From positions 1 to 64,000 of the IMG/VR virus record IMGVR_UViG_3300049460_000312: DNA of 64,000 nt. One strand, 5' to 3'. This document shows, piece after piece, positions 18,044-27,483 of this stretch. Position numbers and translations under genes: made by a program. The notes below the pieces were generated by a model, which saw only the letters and a list, made by a program, of their open reading frames with translations, ran no database searches and was not told where the DNA came from. Numbering within the stretch: the first letter of the stretch is position 1; each line of letters opens with the position of its first letter.

Positions 18044-19122
18044 TGGAACTTCCCCGCTTCTTTTTGCTGCAACTGATGCGGAGTGAGCGGCTCCTGGGTA
18101 TTGATCCCCGGAATCGGCACAGGCCGGGCGGCAATGCTCTTGGCGAGGTCGCTGTGAATCGGATTGCCCTTGAGGTCGTGATCGACGGGCGCCATGACAT
18201 CAGGGACGCTCGTATTTTGTTGCTGCGCTGCGCGCTGCACGATCGACAGCAAGCTTTCGTGACCATGACAGATCTCGTTAGCAAACTGCTTGAACGCCTG
18301 GTACAGGCTATGACTGTCCGGCTGGCCGAGGTTCGTCATCAAGCGCTTGATGATTTCGTCCTGCTCTGTATTGCTGACCCGGTTGATCACCGATGGCTCA
18401 TGGAACTTCGAGGCAGCCATGCCGAGGCGTGCTACCCACGCCTGCGAGCCTTCCTCAGATTGACCGTTCAGGAACAGGCGGGCCTTGAGAGCGTCGGTAT
18501 CCAGCTTACTGAGCTTGGTGCGCGCGTCCTCCGACAGATCAGTCAGATAGGCCCCGTACGTCAGCTGGAAGTCGTGATCGATGTTATCGACCAGGGTGCG
18601 CAGATGTTCCAGTGCCGCAGCACGCTCCGCCACCGGGGCTTCAGCCACTGGCACGAGGTACTTGACCCAGTCTGCTTCGAAAGTGACGTCTTCGCCATGC
18701 GCACGCAGCTTGACATCGCAATCACCGCCCCACTTGGCACGATGGATCAGTTCGTTCAGCTTGTCCTGCACACCATCAGTCACGGCCCGCTTCGGCAGGA
18801 ACCAGCCGCCGTCTTCCGGCACCTGACCCTGTGGCAGCACCACCAGGGTCCCGTCGGGCATCGTCACCAGCAGGTCGCCGAAACCAAAGCGCAACGTCCG
18901 GCCGCCCTGGGTGATGAGGTACAGCTCGTAGTGCTCGTGCGTGACCGGACAGCCGTTGTAGGTGAACGACCAGGGTACACCGTCGACGACGCTTGCGCCC
19001 GACTGATTACGACCGATCATCAGGAAACGATCCCAATTCACGAATCCGGAGCGATGGCTGGGAGCAACCGTGACCTCAAAGTCCGGCAGATCGATAGCAT
19101 TAGACATTCTGCTCTCCTGCAA
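18040..19122 (-). CDS. Multi-domain hypothetical phage protein
   Basis: 360 aa ORF; DGVPWSFTYNGCPVTHE N-domain; start probably at MSNAID. Confidence 0.8.
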   Translation of the reverse strand: MQESRMSNAIDLPDFEVTVAPSHRSGFVNWDRFLMIGRNQSGASVVDGVPWSFTYNGCPVTHEHYELYLITQGGRTLRFGFGDLLVTMPDGTLVVLPQGQVPEDGGWFLPKRAVTDGVQDKLNELIHRAKWGGDCDVKLRAHGEDVTFEADWVKYLVPVAEAPVAERAAALEHLRTLVDNIDHDFQLTYGAYLTDLSEDARTKLSKLDTDALKARLFLNGQSEEGSQAWVARLGMAASKFHEPSVINRVSNTEQDEIIKRLMTNLGQPDSHSLYQAFKQFANEICHGHESLLSIVQRAAQQQNTSVPDVMAPVDHDLKGNPIHSDLAKSIAARPVPIPGINTQEPLTPHQLQQKEAGKFQ

Positions 19123-19333
19123 GCGGCTGCGAGTCCTCGCCGGCAGCCTGCGCTTCGTTGATGATAGCCAGGAAGCGCTCGCGCACTACCGGACGAGCAT
19201 CACGGAAACGATCGACGAGATGGCGCAGCATGGTCGCGTCTTCTTCAGTCCGATTGACTTCGCTCAGCCGAGCCTGCAACACGCTGTCGAAGGCTTCTTC
19301 ACGGAGAAGGGATGTCGCAACTTTGGTATTCAT
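19100..19333 (-). CDS. Hypothetical protein
   Basis: 77 aa ORF in operon-like packing. Confidence 0.65.
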   Translation of the reverse strand: MNTKVATSLLREEAFDSVLQARLSEVNRTEEDATMLRHLVDRFRDARPVVRERFLAIINEAQAAGEDSQPLAGEQNV

Positions 19334-19343
19334 AGCTTTCCCC

Positions 19344-19814
19344 TTAGAGGATGTTGACGACGGAGAATTCTGGGTGGAACCATTCCGGGTGTTGTTCGTA
19401 CACGCGCTCGATCAGGTAGTACGGGCTGCTCGACGTGTAAGCGTTCCGCCCTTCGTTGTCGATCACCAACGTCACGACATCCTTAAGCTTGCTCTGCACG
19501 AGCTGGTGCGGTTCGAGACGACGGGTTTCGACGCGCTCGTCAAGCTTCAGATGCGCCACACCGTGGCCACCGACACCTGTGTTGATCATCAGACGTGCAT
19601 TATCGCGCTGGCGCACCGTTTGCTGGGCCAGAGTCGACTTGCCGGTTTGACGCGGACCGCCGATCGTCAGAACACGGAATTCACGCAACTGCATCAGCGG
19701 ATTGGTGATCAGCTGTTCTTCGATCTGCTTCACGCGAGTCTTGGCTTCGCGCAGGAACACCCAGACGAGATCGTCCCAGGGCATTTCCTTCGGGGGACGG
19801 GAATTCGAATACAT
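19344..19814 (-). CDS. Small P-loop protein
   Basis: Walker A GPRQTGKS; LVIDN Walker-B-like strand; only 156 aa. Confidence 0.75.
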   Translation of the reverse strand: MYSNSRPPKEMPWDDLVWVFLREAKTRVKQIEEQLITNPLMQLREFRVLTIGGPRQTGKSTLAQQTVRQRDNARLMINTGVGGHGVAHLKLDERVETRRLEPHQLVQSKLKDVVTLVIDNEGRNAYTSSSPYYLIERVYEQHPEWFHPEFSVVNIL

Positions 19815-19867
19815 GGTTGGTCTCCAGCTTGTAGGAGTAGGAGGAACTGCAGTTCCTCCCTGTGTTG

Positions 19868-21685
19868 TTAAGCCGCCTGCTTCAGGCGTTCGCAGACTTC
19901 GGCGTACGTGGTCGGGCGCGGAAATGCGCCATTCACGTACATCGCGCGCAGCTCACCCGAGGACGTGATAATGTCCTGGATCGCCATTTGCTGTTCTTCC
20001 AGCTTGACGAAGTCGCCGCGCTCGTTCTTCACGACCTTCAGGAAACCCTTGGCGGACTTCTTGTTAGTGACGCCTTCGGTCTTCGGTGCCTTGAAGAGTT
20101 CGATCACTTCGTCTTCCACCCGCACGGCGGTGGCCTTCACGGCAAAGCCGAAGGTGTCGCGCGTGTTGTGCTGGTACGTGTAGGAGCCGATACCGAACAC
20201 CGTGTTGCAGGAGGCGAAACCCTTGACGTAGAGACGTCGGAGGATTTCATCCGCACGCTCGACCGTGATCGAGTCACCGTAAATCAGACCGACCCGTTCG
20301 TGCAGGACCTTGTAGCCGAGCGACGTCTTGGTGCCGCCGAAGATATCCCACAGCACTTGCACCGCACCTTGTTCTTGCGGCGTGAGCGGCCACTCGGGCA
20401 GCGGGACGATGCAGTAGCCATTGTAGTTCGCCGTGTACCACTTGCCTTGCAGACGCTCGTCGTCTTTGAGAATGGCGCGAACGATTTCGCCACCACCGAA
20501 GTTGACGAGGAAGTCCTTCGGCGCATCGCGCATTTCGTCGGTACTCGACGTGATGCGCAGGAAGTCGTCCTTGCTGTGGACGTAACGACCCGCGAGCACT
20601 TCAACAGGGTCGCCCGAGTCCGGACGGAACACCACCTTGGCCAAGCCCATCTCGTCCGGCTGGCGGGCGAGGATTTCGTTCTTCAGGCTGGCTGCGATCT
20701 CGGTGATCACCTTCCAGAAGTCGAAAGAGTCCGACACCAGCGAGACCACACCGGTCGGATGCTTCTTGGTCAGTACGTCGAAGATGAACTTACGCTCGCC
20801 TTGGGCGCGCAGCTCGTCCATATCGAGGCCGATCTTGTCGTTCGGATAGTGCGCGTGGATCTGCTTGAGCAGCTTGCTGACGTTGAACAGAATGTTCGAC
20901 GTCGCCACGGCGTGTTCGGTAGCGACCACCGAGCAGGCGACGAATTCCTTTTCGACGTTGGCCCCGTACATGTCTTCGACGTAGTCGATGGCCGGCAGCG
21001 TATCGGTGCCCTTGAAGACGATCTGATGACTCGAACCCACCCGTGCCGCATCTTCCGGACCGGAGAGTCCACGGAAGGAGAAGTCATGGCCCTGGATGTC
21101 GACAAACGAGCGATCCACGCCGGTTTTATCGGCCCAGTATTCGAACGTACGGCGATACTCGTAGGCGATGGTCGCGTTGGTGGTCATCTTCCACAGCAGC
21201 GCCGACATCATCGTTTCGAGGTAGTTCACCAGCCAGTAGAACGCCGGATGCGTGTTGTACGTGACGTAGGTCGGCACGTTGATATTCACCCGCTCACCTT
21301 CGGGAAGCCCCAGCACCACGAGCGGCAGGTAGCCGAGGTCGTGCAGTTCCTCGAAGCACTTCACATCCACCCGGTTATCGCCGAGGTAGTATTTCATACG
21401 GCGCGCATAGCGCTTACAGACGGCTTCCTTGGGCTTGCTGAAGAACGAGTTGTGCCAGAGGCCGTTGATCTCGCGCATCACGCCCTGCAGGCCGTAGTTG
21501 ACGATCTTGCCGTCCCAGAAGCGCGACTTTGACTTGTTGTCGACGAACAGACGGTCCGAGCGGTACGTGCCGTTGCTGTAGGTGAAGTTCGTGCCGTCCG
21601 GGTAGAGCGGGCGATGGCCGACTTTGTAGCCGTCGGTAGTGGTGGGGGCGAACAGATGAAACGAAGTATCGTGAGTTTGGTGCAT
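19868..21685 (-). CDS. nadV: Nicotinamide phosphoribosyltransferase-like protein (probable NARP1 Namat)
   Basis: TDGYKVGH..LYP, HDFSFRG, ATEHAV, SLVSDSFD, VFRPDSGDP, GLIYGDSIT, FGIGS, TRDTFGFAVKAT, KKSAKG. Confidence 0.95.
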   Translation of the reverse strand: MHQTHDTSFHLFAPTTTDGYKVGHRPLYPDGTNFTYSNGTYRSDRLFVDNKSKSRFWDGKIVNYGLQGVMREINGLWHNSFFSKPKEAVCKRYARRMKYYLGDNRVDVKCFEELHDLGYLPLVVLGLPEGERVNINVPTYVTYNTHPAFYWLVNYLETMMSALLWKMTTNATIAYEYRRTFEYWADKTGVDRSFVDIQGHDFSFRGLSGPEDAARVGSSHQIVFKGTDTLPAIDYVEDMYGANVEKEFVACSVVATEHAVATSNILFNVSKLLKQIHAHYPNDKIGLDMDELRAQGERKFIFDVLTKKHPTGVVSLVSDSFDFWKVITEIAASLKNEILARQPDEMGLAKVVFRPDSGDPVEVLAGRYVHSKDDFLRITSSTDEMRDAPKDFLVNFGGGEIVRAILKDDERLQGKWYTANYNGYCIVPLPEWPLTPQEQGAVQVLWDIFGGTKTSLGYKVLHERVGLIYGDSITVERADEILRRLYVKGFASCNTVFGIGSYTYQHNTRDTFGFAVKATAVRVEDEVIELFKAPKTEGVTNKKSAKGFLKVVKNERGDFVKLEEQQMAIQDIITSSGELRAMYVNGAFPRPTTYAEVCERLKQAA

Positions 21686-21714
21686 GATGGTGTTTGTGTT
21701 CTTGCTGTTATAGG

Positions 21715-22614
21715 TTAAAGCGGAAACCAGTGGACGCGCCGGAGTTGTTCGTGGTTACGAAACTTCTCGCTATGCAGACGCAATTCACTCGTGCAATCCG
21801 GATGGAACGAATCGGTGGTGTAGATACGATCGAATACGTCGAGTACCGGCTCAAGACCGTAGGAGAAAATCCCGTGCGAGACGAACAGGCTCAGTTCCTT
21901 GCAACCTTCATCACGTAGGATCTTGCCAAGCTGAATGAATGTACGACCACCGTCGCAGATGTCGTCGACGACGATCAGGTTCTTGCCCGTGACATCCCCG
22001 TCCAGACGCGCAGCCGAGACTTCCATCGTCTTCGGGTCCCGTGCCTTGGTGGCTGTGACGTATGGAATGTCGAGTGCTTCCGACAGCGCCTTGATCTTCT
22101 TGACTGCACCAGCGTCCGGTGCGACCAGCATCAGATCACGCGTGTCGAGGCTCAGGATCTGATGTTCGACTACCTGACCGAGCATCTGCTTTTGCGTCGT
22201 GACGAACGATTTGTTGATCACGGCGGCAGCCACGTCGCTATGCGGATCGAACAGCGACACCGATTCCAGCTGCATGGCGTTGAGCATTTGCGCGAACATG
22301 CTCAGCGACAAAGCTTCGCCGACATTGCAAACGCGGTCCTGACGGGCGTACGGCAGATACGGAATGAACACGTGGATCTTCGCGACCGGTGCGATACGGC
22401 GCAGCGCGTCGATGGTCAGGAAAAACGCCATCACCAGATCCGAATTCGTCAGGTGTCCCGTGATCTCAACGCGCTCGCCACGAAACGTCAACGAGAACAG
22501 ATTCTTCACCACGGCTTCCGGCAGACGGACATTCACTTCACCGCCCTTGAAGGTACTGACTTCCACCGGCAGGTTCTGCATGAACACGCCGTTACCAACA
22601 CTAACCTTAATCAT
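21715..22614 (-). CDS. prs: Ribose-phosphate pyrophosphokinase-like protein (probable NARP1 Adps)
   Basis: FKGGEVNV, PYLPYARQDR, DPHS, VAPDAGA, VVDDICDGGRTF, SHGIFS. Confidence 0.95.
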   Translation of the reverse strand: MIKVSVGNGVFMQNLPVEVSTFKGGEVNVRLPEAVVKNLFSLTFRGERVEITGHLTNSDLVMAFFLTIDALRRIAPVAKIHVFIPYLPYARQDRVCNVGEALSLSMFAQMLNAMQLESVSLFDPHSDVAAAVINKSFVTTQKQMLGQVVEHQILSLDTRDLMLVAPDAGAVKKIKALSEALDIPYVTATKARDPKTMEVSAARLDGDVTGKNLIVVDDICDGGRTFIQLGKILRDEGCKELSLFVSHGIFSYGLEPVLDVFDRIYTTDSFHPDCTSELRLHSEKFRNHEQLRRVHWFPL

Positions 22615-22696
22615 GTTTTTACCCGAATGAAAATCAGGCCTGCTATATGTAAAAAGGAAGGAGGGCTGCGGGGAACAGACACCTCCTCCACGAAAC

Positions 22697-23560
22697 TTAG
22701 GCGTCGCCGGGTGACGACTGGTCGAACGCGATCCACGGCTGGTCGTGGCTCTCGCGCGGCTGCCACGTAATCAGCGCAAGATCATCAGCACCTTCCGGCT
22801 TCGGGAGGGACTGATTGCCGTAGAAGATACCGTGCGAGACGATCGGTTGCTCACGACGCGGGGTATCGACGTAATGATGCACGTATTTTTTCGTCGAGAG
22901 ATGCGACTGCGGATCGGGATGAACGTGCTTGGTGAGGTGGAGATTATCTTCACCCGGCTCGGTCACATACACGTCGACATTCAGCAACGGCGAAATGTTC
23001 AGACATGTGAACGACTGCAGCGCCTGAAACAGCTTGAAGCGATTGACACGATAGGTGTAACTCGGCGTCGAAAGAATCACCCGTACGTGTTCAGGGTCAT
23101 TGGTGCTACCCCGTACGTAGAACTCTTTGACAAGCAGATTCGGACTGTCGTTCTCGCTGGGCTTGATCTTCACTGCCGTGACCAGCTCGCCCATGAAGTA
23201 CACCACGTTATCTTCTCGGTCGGCCCAGTTAAAGCCCGACAGGAACAACATGAGACAGTAGGCGTGCTTGCTGTCGATCACGAGATCCTGGCCTTCGCAT
23301 TGCAGCACGAAGTTAGCCTGGGTCTTGCTCGTGAAGCCATCCTTGTCGACCGGTAACCACTTCGGCACGTCGTAGCGGTCGTACTCGGCGTGCGCCTCGG
23401 CGTCGCTTTCCAGCTTCACGATCCGGAAATGCTCATCCGGTGTCAGGACGTTACCGTCCTTGTCCTTGTATTCCGAGAGACCCATGCTGATGGTCACCGA
23501 ACTATTGCGATCCATGCGCCGACGGGATTCTTCCTTTGCCAAACGTTCTGCTTTAGACAC
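22697..23560 (-). CDS. Hypothetical protein
   Basis: ORF 22697..23803; likely GTG start at 23560 with GGAG RBS. Confidence 0.8.
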   Translation of the reverse strand: MSKAERLAKEESRRRMDRNSSVTISMGLSEYKDKDGNVLTPDEHFRIVKLESDAEAHAEYDRYDVPKWLPVDKDGFTSKTQANFVLQCEGQDLVIDSKHAYCLMLFLSGFNWADREDNVVYFMGELVTAVKIKPSENDSPNLLVKEFYVRGSTNDPEHVRVILSTPSYTYRVNRFKLFQALQSFTCLNISPLLNVDVYVTEPGEDNLHLTKHVHPDPQSHLSTKKYVHHYVDTPRREQPIVSHGIFYGNQSLPKPEGADDLALITWQPRESHDQPWIAFDQSSPGDA

Positions 23561-23879
23561 AACCTGCTCCTTCAAGAGTTTCCCCGCTGAAGCGCCACTC
23601 CACGTGTTTCGCATCCATACGGTTTTTGAAATAGAACACCGGCGAGAGCACGTCGTCGAACTTGCGCGGCATGCCATGCAGATACGACCACGAGAACGTG
23701 GTGATACCTTTTGCACGCAGATGCTGGAGTAGCTCATCGATCCACAGATCCAGTGGACGGGTCTCGCTGGTGATGGGCGGGAAAACGACGGTGTACCAGC
23801 CATACGGGGTCGGCCGATCGAAGACGGGCTCTTCTTTCTTGCTGGTATTTACCGGCGTAAGTTTTTTCTGTTTCTCCAC
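23553..23879 (-). CDS. Hypothetical protein
   Basis: 108 aa ORF between thyA and the next gene. Confidence 0.7.
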   Translation of the reverse strand: MEKQKKLTPVNTSKKEEPVFDRPTPYGWYTVVFPPITSETRPLDLWIDELLQHLRAKGITTFSWSYLHGMPRKFDDVLSPVFYFKNRMDAKHVEWRFSGETLEGAGCV

Positions 23880-23886
23880 GACGACC

Positions 23887-24771
23887 TCAGACGGCGAAGG
23901 GATACTGGATGGGCGGGTGAAACGCCGTGTACTTCACTTCGAAGTCATTCACCGTGACCCACGACTCGACATCGGCCAGCGTCTTGATATCCGGGTTGAT
24001 ATCGATGGTCGGTTCAGCCAGGATCGGGCGATCCAGCTGTTCCTGGACCAGGTCCAGCTGGTTGCCGTAAATATGGCAGTTGACATTGCGGTGATGAGCG
24101 TACTTCGGGTTCTTGCCCGTGATCTGCGCCATCAGACGCAGCAGCAGCCACACCTGCACCATGTTCGCAACGGTCCCGAGCGGCCAGTCCGACGAACGCT
24201 GGGTCGAGTTCAGGTACAGGTCGTTACCCAGCAACGAGAACTGGTGTTCGTACATGCACGGACGCAGACATCCCAAGTAGAACATACCTGGGTTCCAGAA
24301 CGTGATAATTTCACCCCGATCGTCTTTGCCGGCCTTCAGGTTGTTGTAGACCTTGTGGAAGAGATCGATGGAATTGTCCGGATTCACATCGTCACGCACC
24401 GGCCAGTTCTTGGCGACTGCGCCGTAGATCAGACCGAGGTCATCCTCACCCTTGCGGTACGGACTGTTCAGCCACGCTTGGTTCTCGTTGGCATTGGCAT
24501 CCCACGACTTGGTGCCGAGGGCGCGCATCTGGGCGGCCGACGTCACGCCCTTGAGATACCCCAGCATCTCGGCGATCGGCAGCTTCACCGGTGCCTTGCG
24601 CGTGGTCACGATCGGGGCCTTGTTCGTCGTGGCATCATAGGTCATGTCGATATTGATCACCGTCCGACAGGCGATACCGGTACGCTCATTCGGGAGATCC
24701 ACCCCGTTGTCGTAAATGTGCTGCAAACCTGCGAGGTACTGCATTTCGGCGCGATCGATAGCGTGGGACAT
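23887..24771 (-). CDS. thyA: Thymidylate synthase
   Basis: ERTG, PIVTTRK, DLGLIYG, LRPCM (catalytic Cys), QRSSD..LG..AN, HIYGNQ. Confidence 0.97.
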   Translation of the reverse strand: MSHAIDRAEMQYLAGLQHIYDNGVDLPNERTGIACRTVINIDMTYDATTNKAPIVTTRKAPVKLPIAEMLGYLKGVTSAAQMRALGTKSWDANANENQAWLNSPYRKGEDDLGLIYGAVAKNWPVRDDVNPDNSIDLFHKVYNNLKAGKDDRGEIITFWNPGMFYLGCLRPCMYEHQFSLLGNDLYLNSTQRSSDWPLGTVANMVQVWLLLRLMAQITGKNPKYAHHRNVNCHIYGNQLDLVQEQLDRPILAEPTIDINPDIKTLADVESWVTVNDFEVKYTAFHPPIQYPFAV

Positions 24772-24862
24772 GGCTGTGATGACAAAAAAATAAAAGGTTG
24801 GAATTCGGGAGAAGCAGCGCGAAGCTGCTCCTCTCCACATACAACCTTCAGGCCGGTATTTT

Positions 24863-25288
24863 TTAGTGAGCCAAAATCCAGATCACCAGCGGTGCGATCA
24901 CCAGCACCACAAACAGGGCCGCCATCCCGCCTCTGATAAAGAGTTTGTCGTGCTGTTCTTCCCGACGTTTTCTTTCTTGCGCGATGTCTTGCTTGATCTG
25001 CAGCTCGATCTCTTCGCGCGAGGCGCGCGGATTGATGCGGCTCTTCGGGTCGTTGAGCTGGTTGTAAAGCTTTTGTCCCAACGCTTGCACTTCAGGACAT
25101 GGCTGTGTCGGCGCCTTGCCGAAGTCGGGCTGGCCTTCTTTCTTGCTGAAGATGCCATCCAGCGCGTGGCACAATTCTTCCTGCTTTTCCGGTGACATAG
25201 TCTTGGGCACGCCATCCGGAGTGAAACAGTAATACCCACCTTCACATCCAAGAGAGGAACACCCGCCAGGCTTGCATGTTGCTTTCAC
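24863..25288 (-). CDS. Membrane-anchored hypothetical protein
   Basis: N-terminal Cys cluster, C-terminal TM helix. Confidence 0.7.
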   Translation of the reverse strand: MKATCKPGGCSSLGCEGGYYCFTPDGVPKTMSPEKQEELCHALDGIFSKKEGQPDFGKAPTQPCPEVQALGQKLYNQLNDPKSRINPRASREEIELQIKQDIAQERKRREEQHDKLFIRGGMAALFVVLVIAPLVIWILAH

Positions 25289-25291
25289 TTC

Positions 25292-25771
25292 TTAGTTCTC
25301 CAAGTTATCCATCATGAACCGCACTTTGGGCAGCTTGTTGTCGTGGTCAAGGAACGCCAACCAGACCTGCCCGTCTTTGTAGCCAACCCAGATGTCGGCG
25401 ATATGCTGCATGACTGATGCACCGGCATCCTGGAATTCAGGTCGATCGCCGACGTAGCAGTGCATCTCGTGCTTGGCCTTGAACTCTTCATGATTCGGTG
25501 TCGGCGAATGACAGATAGCCTGCGCGATCAGCTGGAAGAGAGCACGTACACCCGAGTAGTCGAGTTCGAAGTCAGCGTTAGATAACTCGAAACCTGAAAG
25601 CTCTTCGGTAGTGGTGACGTTAAACGTCAGGATGCCGGTGTTGTGAACCGGCTTGGTAGTCAGCTTCGAGACCTTGCCGTCGACGATCACTTTCAACGGT
25701 GTCTTGAACATGTCGTTCTGTTTGAACAGTTCGAGCACACCTGCATCAGCCATGACTTGTGGAATACGCAT
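25292..25771 (-). CDS. Hypothetical protein
   Basis: 159 aa ORF, AAGGAG RBS. Confidence 0.8.
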   Translation of the reverse strand: MRIPQVMADAGVLELFKQNDMFKTPLKVIVDGKVSKLTTKPVHNTGILTFNVTTTEELSGFELSNADFELDYSGVRALFQLIAQAICHSPTPNHEEFKAKHEMHCYVGDRPEFQDAGASVMQHIADIWVGYKDGQVWLAFLDHDNKLPKVRFMMDNLEN

Positions 25772-25783
25772 GTCTCTCTCTCC

Positions 25784-26149
25784 TTAACGAGTCCGTTCCC
25801 AACGACTTTGTTCCCACCAACGACGGTCTCGCTTGTAACGCGAGCCACCACCTGTATCCGGTTCTTCCGTGGCATCCTGCGCCGGCATCGCTTCGTACGA
25901 GAACTCGATTTCGTTATCGACCAGCTTGGTGCCTTCCGGGAACTTTGCAAACACGCTCCCGTCTTCGTTCTGGAACACCCGGCCGATCACGAAACCTCGC
26001 ACGCCATCACGCTCGATCTTGCCAAACGCTTCCATGTCATAGCGCTCACGCGGCCAACCCTGTCCGATCGGGGCTGCAGTTTCCGGAGGCGGATTCTCAG
26101 CGGCGGCCTGTCGGGCGAGTTTCTCGCGGTGGCTTTTCTTACTGCTCAT
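25784..26149 (-). CDS. Hypothetical protein
   Basis: 121 aa ORF, GGAG RBS. Confidence 0.75.
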   Translation of the reverse strand: MSSKKSHREKLARQAAAENPPPETAAPIGQGWPRERYDMEAFGKIERDGVRGFVIGRVFQNEDGSVFAKFPEGTKLVDNEIEFSYEAMPAQDATEEPDTGGGSRYKRDRRWWEQSRWERTR

Positions 26150-26161
26150 TATTGTTCTCCG

Positions 26162-26482
26162 TTACTGGATATTGAGGAGGGTGCAAACTTTGTGGATGAG
26201 TTCGAAGAAGACGTTCTGGAAACCATGCCACGACGTAGTGGGGCGCGTGTACACATCGAGGTGGCCGACCAGGATGGCCTGACCCAACACAAAACCGACC
26301 ACGGCCATGGCGATGATGGTCAGTATCCAGTCAATCACTTTGTTCCAACGCTTCATCTTGCGATGCCGCAGGATCGTTCTGGCTTGCGCACGACGCAGCG
26401 AGTCGCGGCGCACGATGGTGCTCAGCGGGTAATCGAGGAGATTGAATTCGGTAATCGATTGCTTTTGCGAAGTGCGGAGCAT
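26162..26482 (-). CDS. Single-pass membrane protein
   Basis: Basic stretch then VIDWILTIIAMAVVGFVLGQAILV. Confidence 0.75.
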   Translation of the reverse strand: MLRTSQKQSITEFNLLDYPLSTIVRRDSLRRAQARTILRHRKMKRWNKVIDWILTIIAMAVVGFVLGQAILVGHLDVYTRPTTSWHGFQNVFFELIHKVCTLLNIQ

Positions 26483-26504
26483 GGTGACCTCATTGAAGTG
26501 ATGA

Positions 26505-26546
26505 CGGCATAAAAGACAGGCTACGGGTAAATCCGTAACCTGTCTC
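26505..26546 (-). terminator. Terminator with TTTTATGCCG tail
   Basis: Minus strand GAGACAGGTTACGGATTTACCCGTAGCCTGTCTTTTATGCCG. Confidence 0.85.
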
Positions 26547-26554
26547 GGGTTTGT

Positions 26555-27316
26555 TTACTGGGCGATACCCAGGTACTCCTCCATACTCGCGTGCGGCAAG
26601 CGAAGCATCGAGTTGCGGTAGTAGAGTGCATCAACTGACGAGATGCGGCTCAACACCACTTCGCCTGCTTCGAGATGCTGCTTCGAGAGACGCGTAATGT
26701 ACAACATGGCCTTGTGCTCGGATTCAAACTCTTGGGCCAAATCCGTGATATCCCAATGGCTGATGTCCGTCAACCCATGGTGCTTCACGAAATAATACAT
26801 TGCCCGGTTTGCATTCGGGATGGTTTTGAGCACGTAGTTGTTGAACGTCAGCATACGCTGACTGATGCGGGCCAGGATTGCCAATTCGGGAACCGTAGAG
26901 ATTTCCTCGAAGTAGAAGACAGCGCCGGTTTCCCGATGACACAGCTTCCACACGGTAAAGCGAATCTTCTCTTCACCGGGCAATACGCGATACGCCCCAC
27001 CGCGATTAGGACTCGGACGCTTATAAAGGACACCGCGTTCCGAGAGATGGCTGAGCACGGCACGTGAGGACAGGTACAGCGCATCCTTCGTGTCTTTGGT
27101 GATCTCGGCCATAAAGAGGAGCACTTCAGAAGGATTCGTTTTGAGCAATTCCTTCAGAAGGTTCGGGTAGTTGTTCTTACTCCGTTGTGCTCGACAATTG
27201 CGCATCGCACGCACAAAGCTTTTCCCCGTCGCTTGGTGCGTGTAAATGTAGATGCCTGGGCCACTATAGAGCACTTGGCCCGTAACCGCACGAAACTTGA
27301 AACCCGCGATTTGCAT
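26555..27316 (-). CDS. Tandem degenerate GIY-YIG-like protein
   Basis: PGIYIYTHQATGKSFV and TVWKLCHRETGAVFYF. Confidence 0.75.
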   Translation of the reverse strand: MQIAGFKFRAVTGQVLYSGPGIYIYTHQATGKSFVRAMRNCRAQRSKNNYPNLLKELLKTNPSEVLLFMAEITKDTKDALYLSSRAVLSHLSERGVLYKRPSPNRGGAYRVLPGEEKIRFTVWKLCHRETGAVFYFEEISTVPELAILARISQRMLTFNNYVLKTIPNANRAMYYFVKHHGLTDISHWDITDLAQEFESEHKAMLYITRLSKQHLEAGEVVLSRISSVDALYYRNSMLRLPHASMEEYLGIAQ

Positions 27317-27483
27317 GATAAGACGTCACAGACAGAAAGTGTTTTAAATTAATTAGCTGACTAGCCGACATAATGGTCCGTTCACGTCGACCCTACCCTG
27401 AACCATTGACGATTTAGCAACGGAGTGCGCAAACGCACGAAGATGCTCCCTAGGCCGCCAATGTTTTCATAGCAATAGATGAC

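Noticed and set aside
19862-21532. 556 aa plus-strand ORF (similarly 7227..8156, 42401..43762, 47571..49097, 58070..59350)
   Set aside because: Antisense shadows of clearly identifiable or better-supported genes
23887-24771. ThyA as a base-modifying dCMP hydroxymethylase
   Set aside because: The dUMP-specifying Asn after QRSxDxxLG is retained and DHFR is present; consistent with an ordinary thymidylate synthase
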